The notes beneath the pieces were generated by a model, which was not told the DNA's origin, did not search any database, and saw nothing but the letters and a program-made list of their open reading frames with translations. Shown here piece after piece: positions 1 through 8,011 of a stretch of 64,000 bases of DNA. The DNA is taken from the NCBI GenBank assembly GCA_913009335.1, contig CAJVXN010000005.1, positions 110 to 64,109 of the forward strand, given 5' to 3'. The position numbers and the translations under genes were made by a program. Each line of letters begins with the position of its first letter. The stretch's first letter is position 1. Source of the DNA: an uncultured bacterium. Its GTDB lineage: Bacteria > Omnitrophota > Gorgyraeia > Ghiorseimicrobiales > Ghiorseimicrobiaceae.

Positions 1-120
1 TAATTCTGCTTCTGCTTGGTCTAATCGTTTATTAATCCATTTATCCGTATCTTTTGGGTCAAGAGCCATAAGCCATTCTATTTCCCTAAAATTCCTTAAC
101 ACTTCATTAAATGTTTTCAT
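1..120 (-). CDS. hypothetical protein, N-terminal part only (continues beyond window start)
   Basis: ATG at 120 (TAATG overlap with helicase stop); reverse-strand translation MKTFNEVLRNFREIEWLMALDPKDTDKWINKRLDQAEAEL... runs off the window. Confidence 0.35.
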   Translation of the reverse strand, partial: MKTFNEVLRNFREIEWLMALDPKDTDKWINKRLDQAEAEL

Positions 121-1733
121 TATTTACCCCCTTTCAGCATTTCCAAACAAGATTCAAGTAGATTTATTTTCTGCGTTAATGCTTTATAAATCAATTCATC
201 AATCGAATCCTTTGTTATCAAATAAAAATAGGTGCATTTGTTTTCTTGTCCTTTGCGATATATCCTATCATTTGCCTGGGAATGCTGTTCTGATGAATAG
301 GATAAGGAATACCAGATAATATAAGAACATTGTTGAAGATTTAATCCTATACCGCCTGATAATGGATGTGCTAATAGTATGCGGTATTTCTTTGCTTGAA
401 AATCCACGATCGCCTGTTGTTTTGCTTTTTGCGGCATTGCGCCATATAATGTCCGCGCATCATCTTTAAATTCATCTTTTAATCGTTCTATCTCAAAATG
501 AAAATTACACCATATAATGACTTGTTTATCTTCCGGTATTTCTTCAAGCAATTCTTTTAATACTTTAATTTTAGCATCGGATATAAGCACTGTTGCTCCT
601 TGCGTACTGATAACAAATCCGGAAGTTATCTGCCGGAGTTTCATAATTTTCGCAAGCTCATTCACGCCTAAGGCCACATGATCCCCGAATTCTAATATGT
701 TTTCTTTCTTCATTTCTTCATAAGCTGCTTCCTGGACTTTATCCATGTAGATATTCCGGGTTTCATAAATCCTATCCGGTAGATCAAAGCAATCCTTTTT
801 ACGTATTGAAAATGCTTGTTTAGATACATTTTGGATTATCGCTTCTTTCGCGCCTTTCATCGGCCGGTATTGATATCCGCCATACCCGGTGGAGAAAAAG
901 AAAGTATTGCGGAAACGATAAAAATTATCCGTTCCCAAACAATCCGGATTTATAAAAGTCATTTGACCAAAATATTCGAGAAGATTGTTTGGCGCCGGCG
1001 TTCCAGTTAAGCAGATTCTATGAGGAATTTTTTCCCGGCAATCCAATATTGTTTTAGTGATTTGGCTTTTAGGATTTTTTAACTTACTGCTTTCATCAAT
1101 TATGATGCATTTTACTTTTTTTGATATGTCTGTTTCTTTAGATAGTTTCTTAAACTGTTCATAATTAATTAAATAAATATCATAAGGATCATTGCTATAA
1201 AATGCCTTAAGATTATGCCACAATATAACCGCGTTTAATTTACTCCATTTTGCTATTTCAGGTATCCATACGCTTTCAAGTGTTGATAGCGGAGCAACAA
1301 TCATGGCTGGAACTTTCCAATATTCAATTAGCTTAATAGCGCATAATGTTTTTCCTGTACCGGTTTCCATAAATAAAGCATAGCTGTCAAACATTGAGGC
1401 TAATGTTATTGCTTTTTTTTGGTGTTGGAAACAAATAGATAAATCTATTCCGTTTAAACTTTCGATATTGCATTCTTCTGTCTTGATTTTATTCGCGATG
1501 TTAATTTTTTTGTGGTGTTTCTGTCTTTCGGCCCGTAATCTATCATAGATAAGTTTAGTTTCTTCATTATAATCAATTTTAAGATTATCGATAATATCCA
1601 CGAGCTTGCGGATAGGGAATCGCCAAGAGGCATCCGCTTTATTGAATTTAAAATCGCCGATTGCCTTTATTAATTCTTTCTCATGGTATTGGCAACGCAC
1701 TATTGCCTGATTATCTGAAGTATAAACTCGCAT
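120..1733 (-). CDS. SNF2/DEAD-like superfamily-2 helicase
   Basis: Walker A METGTGKTL, motif II IIIDESSKL, motif III LTGTPAPNN, helicase-C region HPLSGGIGLNLQ. Confidence 0.8.
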   Translation of the reverse strand: MRVYTSDNQAIVRCQYHEKELIKAIGDFKFNKADASWRFPIRKLVDIIDNLKIDYNEETKLIYDRLRAERQKHHKKINIANKIKTEECNIESLNGIDLSICFQHQKKAITLASMFDSYALFMETGTGKTLCAIKLIEYWKVPAMIVAPLSTLESVWIPEIAKWSKLNAVILWHNLKAFYSNDPYDIYLINYEQFKKLSKETDISKKVKCIIIDESSKLKNPKSQITKTILDCREKIPHRICLTGTPAPNNLLEYFGQMTFINPDCLGTDNFYRFRNTFFFSTGYGGYQYRPMKGAKEAIIQNVSKQAFSIRKKDCFDLPDRIYETRNIYMDKVQEAAYEEMKKENILEFGDHVALGVNELAKIMKLRQITSGFVISTQGATVLISDAKIKVLKELLEEIPEDKQVIIWCNFHFEIERLKDEFKDDARTLYGAMPQKAKQQAIVDFQAKKYRILLAHPLSGGIGLNLQQCSYIIWYSLSYSSEQHSQANDRIYRKGQENKCTYFYLITKDSIDELIYKALTQKINLLESCLEMLKGGK

Positions 1734-1992
1734 AATTTAATCCATCCATAAGGTTATTAGTCCGAGAATACAAGAAAGTAAAAAACAAGAAATTATAATT
1801 GTAAGAATAATTTTTTCTATAAACACAATAAAAACCCCTTGTTAAAATACCGAGAGAATTGGTTAAAGGAAGGAGGCTTTGAAGCCTGCGTCCTAATTTC
1901 AACAAGGGGTAAATTCATTTTTTTCTTTGCGTTATACCGTTACGATATGAAATAATTTTTGTTAACCAACTCTCTCGTGTCGTCAATAACTT

Positions 1993-2020
1993 AGTATAAC
2001 AGCCCCTTGTTTTTTGTCAA
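1993..2020 (-). promoter_or_regulatory. sigma70-like promoter on minus strand (TTGACA-16-TATACT), flanked by 11-bp inverted repeat ATACCGTTACG/CGTAACGGTAT (1934-1944, 2036-2046)
   Basis: reverse strand reads ttgacaaaaaacaaggggctgttatact; perfect IR arms 91 bp apart bracket it. Confidence 0.35.
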
Positions 2021-2217
2021 GTTTTATTTGACATGCGTAACGGTATAATGGTTACATCTATTTTGTATCCAGTAAGGCCGGATTCGCCTTTGCTTTTTCA
2101 ACTAATAAACGCAAGATTGCCGACCGGGAATTCTTCAAAGGATTATTGTGCTGTATCTTCCTGTCTAAAAATTCCGTATCAGCCCCGGTTAACATTATCA
2201 TCACCGGAAATTTACGT

Positions 2218-2472
2218 TTATTCGTTTTCACTGATTTTACCATCGTTGCCATCTCCTTTCTTGATTTTTGGCGGTAAAACATATTTAATATTTGCTTTCC
2301 ACATTTCATTAATCAACGCGTTAGCCATTCGTATAAGCAATTCAGGTTTATCAAATGGCGCGTGTACGTGCGCATGCCCTAAAGCGCCATGCGTGATTAT
2401 AAGATGCCCCGCAGGATCTTCAAAGTGCAGATTATCTTGCGTATCTTCACAATTTAAAAACGGACATTTCAT
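2218..2472 (-). CDS. hypothetical small Cys/His-motif protein (CPxxxC ... HVHxP), same motif as N-terminus of the 934-aa glycosyltransferase
   Basis: KCPFLNCEDT...GHLIITHGALGHAHVHAPFDKPE aligns with ECPICQKSLGNFNEEIVSHLAVFKGASGTNHVHGPIEDKE of ORF 14618; overlapping ORF 2058..2309 is therefore less likely. Confidence 0.4.
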   Translation of the reverse strand: MKCPFLNCEDTQDNLHFEDPAGHLIITHGALGHAHVHAPFDKPELLIRMANALINEMWKANIKYVLPPKIKKGDGNDGKISENE

Positions 2473-2831
2473 TTTTCTTCTCCTTTCTGTTTTAATACTA
2501 ATTCTTGCGCAATTTCAACAGCATTTTTAACTGCGTCTTGATTTACTCTTTTAAGTTCTAAACAAAGAATATCTGCAAAACTTTTTAACTGATCAAAAGA
2601 ATTAAACGTTGGAAAAGCATCGCCTGTTAAATTAGTTACATTATTGATATAAAGTACCCATTGTACATCGGGTTCTTCTTTTTTACTTTCCATCGTAAAC
2701 TTACAATTAATAGTGGTGTATTCATTAACAACACTTTTAATCTTTTTTAAAAGATCTTTAATCATCTTTCTTCTCCTTTCTAAAAACTTATTTTCTGTGT
2801 TAATAATGCTATTAATATATACAAACACCAT
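2469..2831 (-). CDS. hypothetical protein
   Basis: 120-aa ORF, stop/start overlap with neighbour, AGGAG RBS upstream. Confidence 0.45.
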   Translation of the reverse strand: MVFVYINSIINTENKFLERRRKMIKDLLKKIKSVVNEYTTINCKFTMESKKEEPDVQWVLYINNVTNLTGDAFPTFNSFDQLKSFADILCLELKRVNQDAVKNAVEIAQELVLKQKGEEK

Positions 2832-2876
2832 AATAATAGTATGAATAGCACAAAAGGCATCGTTAATTTAGCAATA

Positions 2877-3329
2877 TCAATTTTCTCTTTTTTCTCTTTC
2901 ATTTTGACCTACCTCCTTCGCTGCTTTGTCAGCAAGATATACAAGCTGCCGAGGTACCCAATAGATACGCAATCGTTTAAATTGTTTGACATAGAATTCA
3001 ATATAACTCTGGAAACGAGCATAGAGAGGTATCATATTATCATGTTTTACTTTCCATGTCTTGTTCGCTTGATTGACTACCAATTGAGAATCAGAATAGA
3101 TATAAACTTCTTCGCTGTCAGGATTGTTATGAGCCGTCCAATCCATTCCTTTTAATAGAGATAGCCATTCTGCCTCGCTGTTTGTCCGGACTCCTACTTC
3201 TTCGTGGATAATTTCTGTCGGCCTTATTATATTCTGATTACTATTTTTATATCTCGCCCAGATAATAACTCCGATCGAAGCAGGGCCGGGATTTCCTTTA
3301 CTCGAGCCGTCGCATAGAATTACGATCAA
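2877..3329 (-). CDS. ribonuclease H (RNase HI-like)
   Basis: N-terminal ILCDGSSKGNPGPASIG, catalytic-like E (TNSEAEW), D (IYSDSQLVV), D (ADKAAK) in RNase H order. Confidence 0.75.
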   Translation of the reverse strand: MIVILCDGSSKGNPGPASIGVIIWARYKNSNQNIIRPTEIIHEEVGVRTNSEAEWLSLLKGMDWTAHNNPDSEEVYIYSDSQLVVNQANKTWKVKHDNMIPLYARFQSYIEFYVKQFKRLRIYWVPRQLVYLADKAAKEVGQNEREKREN

Positions 3330-3352
3330 TTTAATCCTCCTTTCTTTTCAAT

Positions 3353-3556
3353 TTAATTACGATTTTGATCTTGGTCTTTATTGATATATAATCTTCCCGT
3401 TTTTGTATTAACAGAAATTTCATATATTATACCTTTAATCTTAAAGTTATAATCCCAAAATTCTGCATCTCTAACCGTAATTATTTGATAAGGTTTATGC
3501 CTATTTATAGTATCCATTTCCTTTGGCACTTTACCTTTTAACGTATGCTTCTTCAT
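3353..3556 (-). CDS. hypothetical protein
   Basis: 67-aa ORF in compact same-strand array. Confidence 0.4.
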   Translation of the reverse strand: MKKHTLKGKVPKEMDTINRHKPYQIITVRDAEFWDYNFKIKGIIYEISVNTKTGRLYINKDQDQNRN

Positions 3557-3867
3557 TGTGCCTCCGCTCTTTTAATAGCTTCTTCTGCATTCTCTATATG
3601 AAATTGATAGCCGCCTGTTAGATTTTTATGTAAATCACAAGACAATAATCCTTTTAATGCCTCCAACAAATCAGGCGCGGCAGATATTAGTTTGGCGTTG
3701 CCCTCAACTTCTGGAGTTATCGATAGCGCTCCATCATTGATAGATATTAACTGGCATATTGTTTTATTATCAGAACAGACGCAACCTCCCGATTCTTTTA
3801 CTCTCCATGGCCCTGGTGTATGTTTACTCATTTTCTCACCTCTTTTACAATTCGAATTCAATTTCAA
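3553..3867 (-). CDS. hypothetical protein
   Basis: 104-aa ORF, overlapping stop/start with neighbours. Confidence 0.45.
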   Translation of the reverse strand: MKLNSNCKRGEKMSKHTPGPWRVKESGGCVCSDNKTICQLISINDGALSITPEVEGNAKLISAAPDLLEALKGLLSCDLHKNLTGGYQFHIENAEEAIKRAEAQ

Positions 3868-4120
3868 ACGATTTTTCTTGCGGCAATTTTGCTATAACTC
3901 TCCACTTAAAAACTTGATAGCCCTCATGTTTCGTTGTCAGCTTCAAGATAATCGCAAGAGCTAATTGCGCTGCTCCGCTTCCGCCATACCCCCATGAAAA
4001 GCCGTCGGGAGAATGGTTACAAACTATTTGACTTTCGGCCGGAGATAAATACTCGCCATCGAGAAAAACAGATCTCGAGATCGCATCTCCTTTCAACTTA
4101 TGCTTTTTACTCTTTATCAT
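3845..4120 (-). CDS. hypothetical protein
   Basis: 91-aa ORF, RBS GGAAGGGGG upstream. Confidence 0.45.
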   Translation of the reverse strand: MIKSKKHKLKGDAISRSVFLDGEYLSPAESQIVCNHSPDGFSWGYGGSGAAQLALAIILKLTTKHEGYQVFKWRVIAKLPQEKSFEIEFEL

Positions 4121-4140
4121 CTTTACCCCCTTCCTATTGT

Positions 4141-4191
4141 CCTGACTGCTCCTTTCGGAGCAGTTTCGTTTAGGCTCATCAGAGGACTATC
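4141..4191 (-). ncRNA. degenerate hammerhead-like motif (CUGAUGA, GAAA, closed stem III, GUC) with vestigial stem II
   Basis: minus-strand RNA ...AUAGUCCU CUGAUGA G-CCUAAA-C GAAA CUGCUCC-GAAA-GGAGCAG UC AGGGAC...; core present but stem II is only one G-C pair. Confidence 0.3.
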
Positions 4192-4399
4192 CTAATATTT
4201 CTTGTTCAGATACTTTTATAGGATCCTCTATCGCCTTAAGCAATTCTCTTGCTTCGACTATGGCTTTTGTGGCTTCGGTGATTATTTTTTGCTGTGAAAT
4301 AATCTTATTGATTATTGTCCGGATATCAGCTTTTACATCCTCATCCCAGCCGCTATTGATCTCTTGTAAAATTTCCTGTTTCATTTCTGCGATATTCAT
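4187..4399 (-). CDS. hypothetical protein
   Basis: 70-aa ORF. Confidence 0.4.
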   Translation of the reverse strand: MNIAEMKQEILQEINSGWDEDVKADIRTIINKIISQQKIITEATKAIVEARELLKAIEDPIKVSEQEILG

Positions 4400-4402
4400 T
4401 TT

Positions 4403-4756
4403 CTATTTCTCCTCTGTTAATCCAAGTATTGCTTGGATACTCTCTTTAAGACCAGAATAAAACTTATTTAACGCTTCCCTGGCTTCCTTTGTTAATTCTA
4501 CTTTTATTTCGTTATAACCATTGAAGCCTTGCTTTGCTAATACTGTATCAGTTACAGACATAAGACTATAATCCCCTTCTACCTTTAAAACTCCGGTTTC
4601 CTTGTCTTTAGTGATATTAATATCTTCAAGCTTGATTTCTTTAATCATTATTCCCATTTTCTCACCTCCTTTCCTTCTCTTTATTTTTATCAAAATCCAG
4701 TAACACTTCATTGCAGGTTTCGCATTCCACCGCTGCATTTTCTGCCGGTTTCCCAT
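4403..4756 (-). CDS. hypothetical protein
   Basis: 117-aa ORF with RBS. Confidence 0.45.
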   Translation of the reverse strand: MGNRQKMQRWNAKPAMKCYWILIKIKRRKGGEKMGIMIKEIKLEDINITKDKETGVLKVEGDYSLMSVTDTVLAKQGFNGYNEIKVELTKEAREALNKFYSGLKESIQAILGLTEEK

Positions 4757-4847
4757 ATGTAATACAAGTAATCTTATGTCCTGCGTGTGCTTTTAAATCT
4801 TCAAAAGAATTTACACTCACGTTATCTCCTTTCTTTTTACCAGTCAA
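4662..4847 (-). CDS. hypothetical small CxxC protein
   Basis: 61-aa ORF, CETC motif; overlaps 3-prime part of previous ORF in another frame, uncertain. Confidence 0.3.
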   Translation of the reverse strand: MTGKKKGDNVSVNSFEDLKAHAGHKITCITYGKPAENAAVECETCNEVLLDFDKNKEKERR

Positions 4848-5052
4848 ACTCTATCTTTTCAAAATCATTTGCGTCGTGTGCTTCACCGCATTTTTTACAA
4901 GTGATACATGCTACTCCGTTATTAATTACTCTATGGCATTGGAGAATTTGATTCTCCGGGTCAATCATCGCCTCATATACTGTATCTTCTGATACAATAA
5001 ACTCTGTACTGTCGCAATTCGGACTGATACATTTTTTAATAGGTATACTCAT
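4837..5052 (-). CDS. hypothetical zinc-ribbon protein
   Basis: CISPNC ... CITCKKC paired CxxC motifs. Confidence 0.45.
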   Translation of the reverse strand: MSIPIKKCISPNCDSTEFIVSEDTVYEAMIDPENQILQCHRVINNGVACITCKKCGEAHDANDFEKIEFDW

Positions 5053-5215
5053 TTCAAATCCTCCTTTTATGATTTAAAATATTTTTTTAATTCTTTTATT
5101 ATTATATATTCTGGTTCTTGTTGCGCTTGAGGTATTTCAGCTCTAATTAAATCTAAAATCGCTTGTAGTTTATCATTAATAATCTGCTGTATGTCAAACT
5201 TTTTACCTGTTTCAT

Positions 5216-5491
5216 TCATTTTAACACCTCCTTTGAATAAACTACTTCTTGACCTTTCATTTGGATCTCTTCGAGATTTGCTTCAATGGAATCAACCTGG
5301 TAATGCTCCGCCCAAGCTTGTTGACCAAAGCCAATAACTACTTCGACTCCGCAAATAGGACATCTCCATTTATCAGCTGACCAAAGCCGGTATATCTTGC
5401 TATTATTTTGAAATAACTCTGCGACTGTAACTTCATTGTTCTCCGGCCGCAAATCCACTTCGCACTTTACGCATACAGGTCTATGATTCAT
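5216..5491 (-). CDS. hypothetical zinc-ribbon protein
   Basis: CVKC ... CPIC paired CxxC motifs. Confidence 0.45.
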   Translation of the reverse strand: MNHRPVCVKCEVDLRPENNEVTVAELFQNNSKIYRLWSADKWRCPICGVEVVIGFGQQAWAEHYQVDSIEANLEEIQMKGQEVVYSKEVLK

Positions 5492-5720
5492 TCTTTAACG
5501 CCTCCTTTCTTATCTCTCTCTCTTGCTCTTGCTCTAATTCAGCTATTCGTTTCTTTAATCCTTCACTTTCTTGTAAATTAGCAAACATATTCCCATAATT
5601 TATCCATTCGTCAATGCTTAAATCCTCTAGCCAATCATTAAAATCATCAGGCATCATATCATCAGTACCTATGTACTGCGCACCGTGTCTATCTTGTAGA
5701 AACTCTTCAAATTTAATCAA
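5481..5720 (-). CDS. hypothetical protein (TTG start)
   Basis: 79-aa ORF; leader CUGAUGAGGAAAGGAGGCGAUAUAA-UUG shares the conserved SD leader seen before other early genes. Confidence 0.45.
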   Translation of the reverse strand: MIKFEEFLQDRHGAQYIGTDDMMPDDFNDWLEDLSIDEWINYGNMFANLQESEGLKKRIAELEQEQEREIRKEALKNES

Positions 5721-5736
5721 TTATATCGCCTCCTTT

Positions 5737-5783
5737 CCTCATCAGTATCCGATTCACGGATAGACTCCGGATCTCCCGGAGTT
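5737..5783 (-). ncRNA. hammerhead-like remnant (stem III hairpin, GUC, stem I hairpin, CUGAUGA) lacking the GAAA element
   Basis: minus-strand RNA CUCCGG-GAGAU-CCGGAG UC UAUCCG-UGAAU-CGGAUA CUGAUGA GGAAAGGAGG; UUAA where GAAA is expected. Confidence 0.2.
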
Positions 5784-5982
5784 AATTAATTTTAATCTTA
5801 GCGTCTTCCTCACGGACTATTACTTCATTGTAGATAAGACTAGGAGCATCTACTGCTGATTCATATATCCTTAATTTATAAGTAGTTTCTTTCTCAGAGA
5901 TAATTATCTCCTTAATCTTACCTTCAATGGTTACTGTTTCGCCGATTTTATGCATTTGATTTCTCCTTTTTATCTTTCTCAA
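5782..5982 (-). CDS. hypothetical protein
   Basis: 66-aa ORF. Confidence 0.35.
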   Translation of the reverse strand: MRKIKRRNQMHKIGETVTIEGKIKEIIISEKETTYKLRIYESAVDAPSLIYNEVIVREEDAKIKIN

Positions 5983-6586
5983 GAGTTCTTTCTTTTTCGC
6001 CTATCTTATATTCAAAACCATACCCCAGAAATTGTTGACATAAGAGCTTGCCGTCAAACCAATGGCAATCCTCTCCGTCAGATGATACTTTGATACCCTT
6101 ACCAAGATGATGTTTAGCAATGATAAGAAAAGTAATCACCGCTAAATCGTAAGGTCTAAAAGCTGTTTTGCAGAAATCAAAATACAAACCATTTTCTTTT
6201 TGAAGGAATTTTCCGTTGAAAATCCTTTCAAAGATGAAAGACTCATAGGAGCAATCCCCATCACAACATCTTTTTTCAATCTCTGCTCCGGCAAACCAAT
6301 TTCCTTTCTTTGCATCCTCTAAAAACTTCGCAACACCACCGGCATTTTTGGAGGGCCATGGGATTGAGATTGCTTCATTTTTAAGATGTCCGCACTTTAT
6401 TGCTCCGTTCAGCGAAACCAAATTATAATTGAGTATTGGCTCGCCTTCTCCGCTACCGTCAGCTAAAACTACTCCTACTTTTATGATCTCTGGGAGCACC
6501 TTTTTGAAGTCATCAACTATCTTCTTAAACTTCTTTAATTCTACTTCTTTTTGCTTATACCAGTAATGCGTATATCCCATTTTCAT
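5948..6586 (-). CDS. hypothetical protein
   Basis: 212-aa ORF. Confidence 0.5.
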   Translation of the reverse strand: MKMGYTHYWYKQKEVELKKFKKIVDDFKKVLPEIIKVGVVLADGSGEGEPILNYNLVSLNGAIKCGHLKNEAISIPWPSKNAGGVAKFLEDAKKGNWFAGAEIEKRCCDGDCSYESFIFERIFNGKFLQKENGLYFDFCKTAFRPYDLAVITFLIIAKHHLGKGIKVSSDGEDCHWFDGKLLCQQFLGYGFEYKIGEKERTLEKDKKEKSNA

Positions 6587-6595
6587 CTCCTTATC

Positions 6596-7066
6596 TTAAT
6601 ATTTACCGTTACTCTTAACGTGCCGATACTCTGTTACAATATTGCATATTACGCCGTCAAGGAGTATTGCCTGCCCTGTTGTACATCGGCCCCAGAGCTG
6701 ATAATCTTTTATTACAGGATGCCCGAGATCCGCTAGTTTATCGCAAAGCCACGAAGATACATACCACCATTCAAATATCTCCTGCGGATTGTTTTCAGGA
6801 TTATCAAAAGAGGTATTGCAAGCTGTGCAGCAATATTCATCGTTTTCATCAGGAGTTGTAATATCTAATTCTTCTCCGCAACTCGGGCAAATATCAATAT
6901 ATCCATTCTCAATATCATCCCATGAGAACGGAGCTTCTTTATCCTCCCAGGCTTTCTTTAAAATATACTCCGTTTCATGTGTTGAACACATATAAACTTC
7001 TTTTCCGACAAAATCACTGCAAATATCCTGAAATTCTGTCTCCGATACTTCTTTTATTTTATCCAT
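6596..7066 (-). CDS. hypothetical Cys-rich protein
   Basis: 156-aa ORF with CPSCGEE and CCTACN motifs. Confidence 0.5.
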   Translation of the reverse strand: MDKIKEVSETEFQDICSDFVGKEVYMCSTHETEYILKKAWEDKEAPFSWDDIENGYIDICPSCGEELDITTPDENDEYCCTACNTSFDNPENNPQEIFEWWYVSSWLCDKLADLGHPVIKDYQLWGRCTTGQAILLDGVICNIVTEYRHVKSNGKY

Positions 7067-7317
7067 TTTTCATCTCCTTTGCTTTCGTTTAGCTTCGAGC
7101 TGTAACAAAAGCGTTTTTTGTGCTTGATTAAGATAAATAACCTTAACTCTTATCGAACTCTCTTATACCGGTAACTCCGTAATTTTCTTGATGCTGAGAT
7201 AAAAGAAAGACTCCCTCGCCCAAGATAATTCTTGCTCGATATAATCAATCAAAGACATATCTCCATCTTTCCAATCACTCTCGCTGACTTCGATCTCTAA
7301 TTCTACTTTAAATTTTT

Positions 7318-7512
7318 TCATTTCTTCCTCACCTCCTCATCCCCCTCTACTTTTATTTGCTCTATTGCGTTTAAATCACTTAGTGTTCTAGCAATTTCTT
7401 GACAACTTTCATAATTCAAATTCAACCAATTAGTTTCTCCGTTATCAGAGATAAATTTTACGGATACTCTCCCGTGCAATTTCTCTAATTGTTTTCTATA
7501 GTAACTTTTCAT
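7318..7512 (-). CDS. hypothetical protein
   Basis: 64-aa ORF; stop overlaps ATG of an unlisted about 52-aa ORF (7163..7321, minus). Confidence 0.4.
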   Translation of the reverse strand: MKSYYRKQLEKLHGRVSVKFISDNGETNWLNLNYESCQEIARTLSDLNAIEQIKVEGDEEVRKK

Positions 7513-7516
7513 CTTC

Positions 7517-7762
7517 TCACCTCCTTTTTACAAACTCTCTATGTAATGTTCTTTTACTGAAATAAGCGGAGCTTTGATTTCCATGCTTAACAGGTTTCTT
7601 ACGATATAACTCCCAAACCTCAACTCTCCCCCCGTATGTTACTATTGTATTTGCTCTTACTCCGTAATTCCTCATTGTGTCTCCGAAGAATTTCATTGTA
7701 TCGTGCGTGAAATAATACGGAGATGTTTTAAGTGTTGCTTGTTTTAATTCGCTTGGCGTCAA
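7517..7762 (-). CDS. hypothetical protein (start moved to TTG at 7762)
   Basis: ORF track ATG at 7786 is the AUG inside the hammerhead CUGAUGA core; in-frame TTG 24 nt downstream has the RBS GGAGGUGAU at proper spacing, as in other early genes. Confidence 0.45.
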   Translation of the reverse strand: MTPSELKQATLKTSPYYFTHDTMKFFGDTMRNYGVRANTIVTYGGRVEVWELYRKKPVKHGNQSSAYFSKRTLHREFVKRR

Positions 7763-7779
7763 TATAATCACCTCCTTTC

Positions 7780-7847
7780 GCCTCATCAGAGCCGGATCTC
7801 CGGCTGACTCCTGCGATTAGATTACTCTGTATCACAGGAGTTTCGGC
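7780..7847 (-). ncRNA. type II hammerhead ribozyme candidate
   Basis: minus-strand RNA GCC GAAA C-UCCUG[21-nt loop]CAGGA-G UC AGCCGG-AGAU-CCGGCU CUGAUGA GGC: all core nucleotides (CUGAUGA, GAAA, A15.1-U16.1, G10.1-C11.1, GUC cleavage site), 6-bp stem III, 6-bp stem I with tetraloop, 3-bp open stem II. Confidence 0.6.
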
Positions 7848-8011
7848 TTTACTTTAGCTCTTCAATATTAACAAGGTTGTCTTTACGTTCAGAAGATTCC
7901 ATATAATCAACGAACTTTTCTCCTGCGATCTCTTCCGCTTCTTCTTTATCCCATGCCTCCACCTCTGTTGAATATACCGGCAGAGATATTGTTACTTTGA
8001 ATTTAGGCATA

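Noticed and set aside
2028-2049. Plus-strand TTGACA ... TATAAT at 2028-2049
   Set aside because: The spacer is only 10 nt, so it cannot work as a sigma70 promoter. The sequence is better explained as the right arm (CGTAACGGTAT) of the operator-like inverted repeat.
2033-2530. Plus-strand ORF 2033..2530 (165 aa) and other ORFs antisense to the leftward block (4260..4460, 4711..4992, 6551..6995, 8134..8349, 9752..10394)
   Set aside because: They overlap well-supported minus-strand genes with RBSs and compact stop-start coupling. They have low-complexity or odd composition. No RBS was found for them.
7784-7786. ATG start of ORF 7517..7786
   Set aside because: This AUG is the invariant AUG of the hammerhead CUGAUGA core and has no SD in front of it. 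The in-frame TTG at 7762, with a GGAGGUGAU leader, matches the start context of neighbouring genes.
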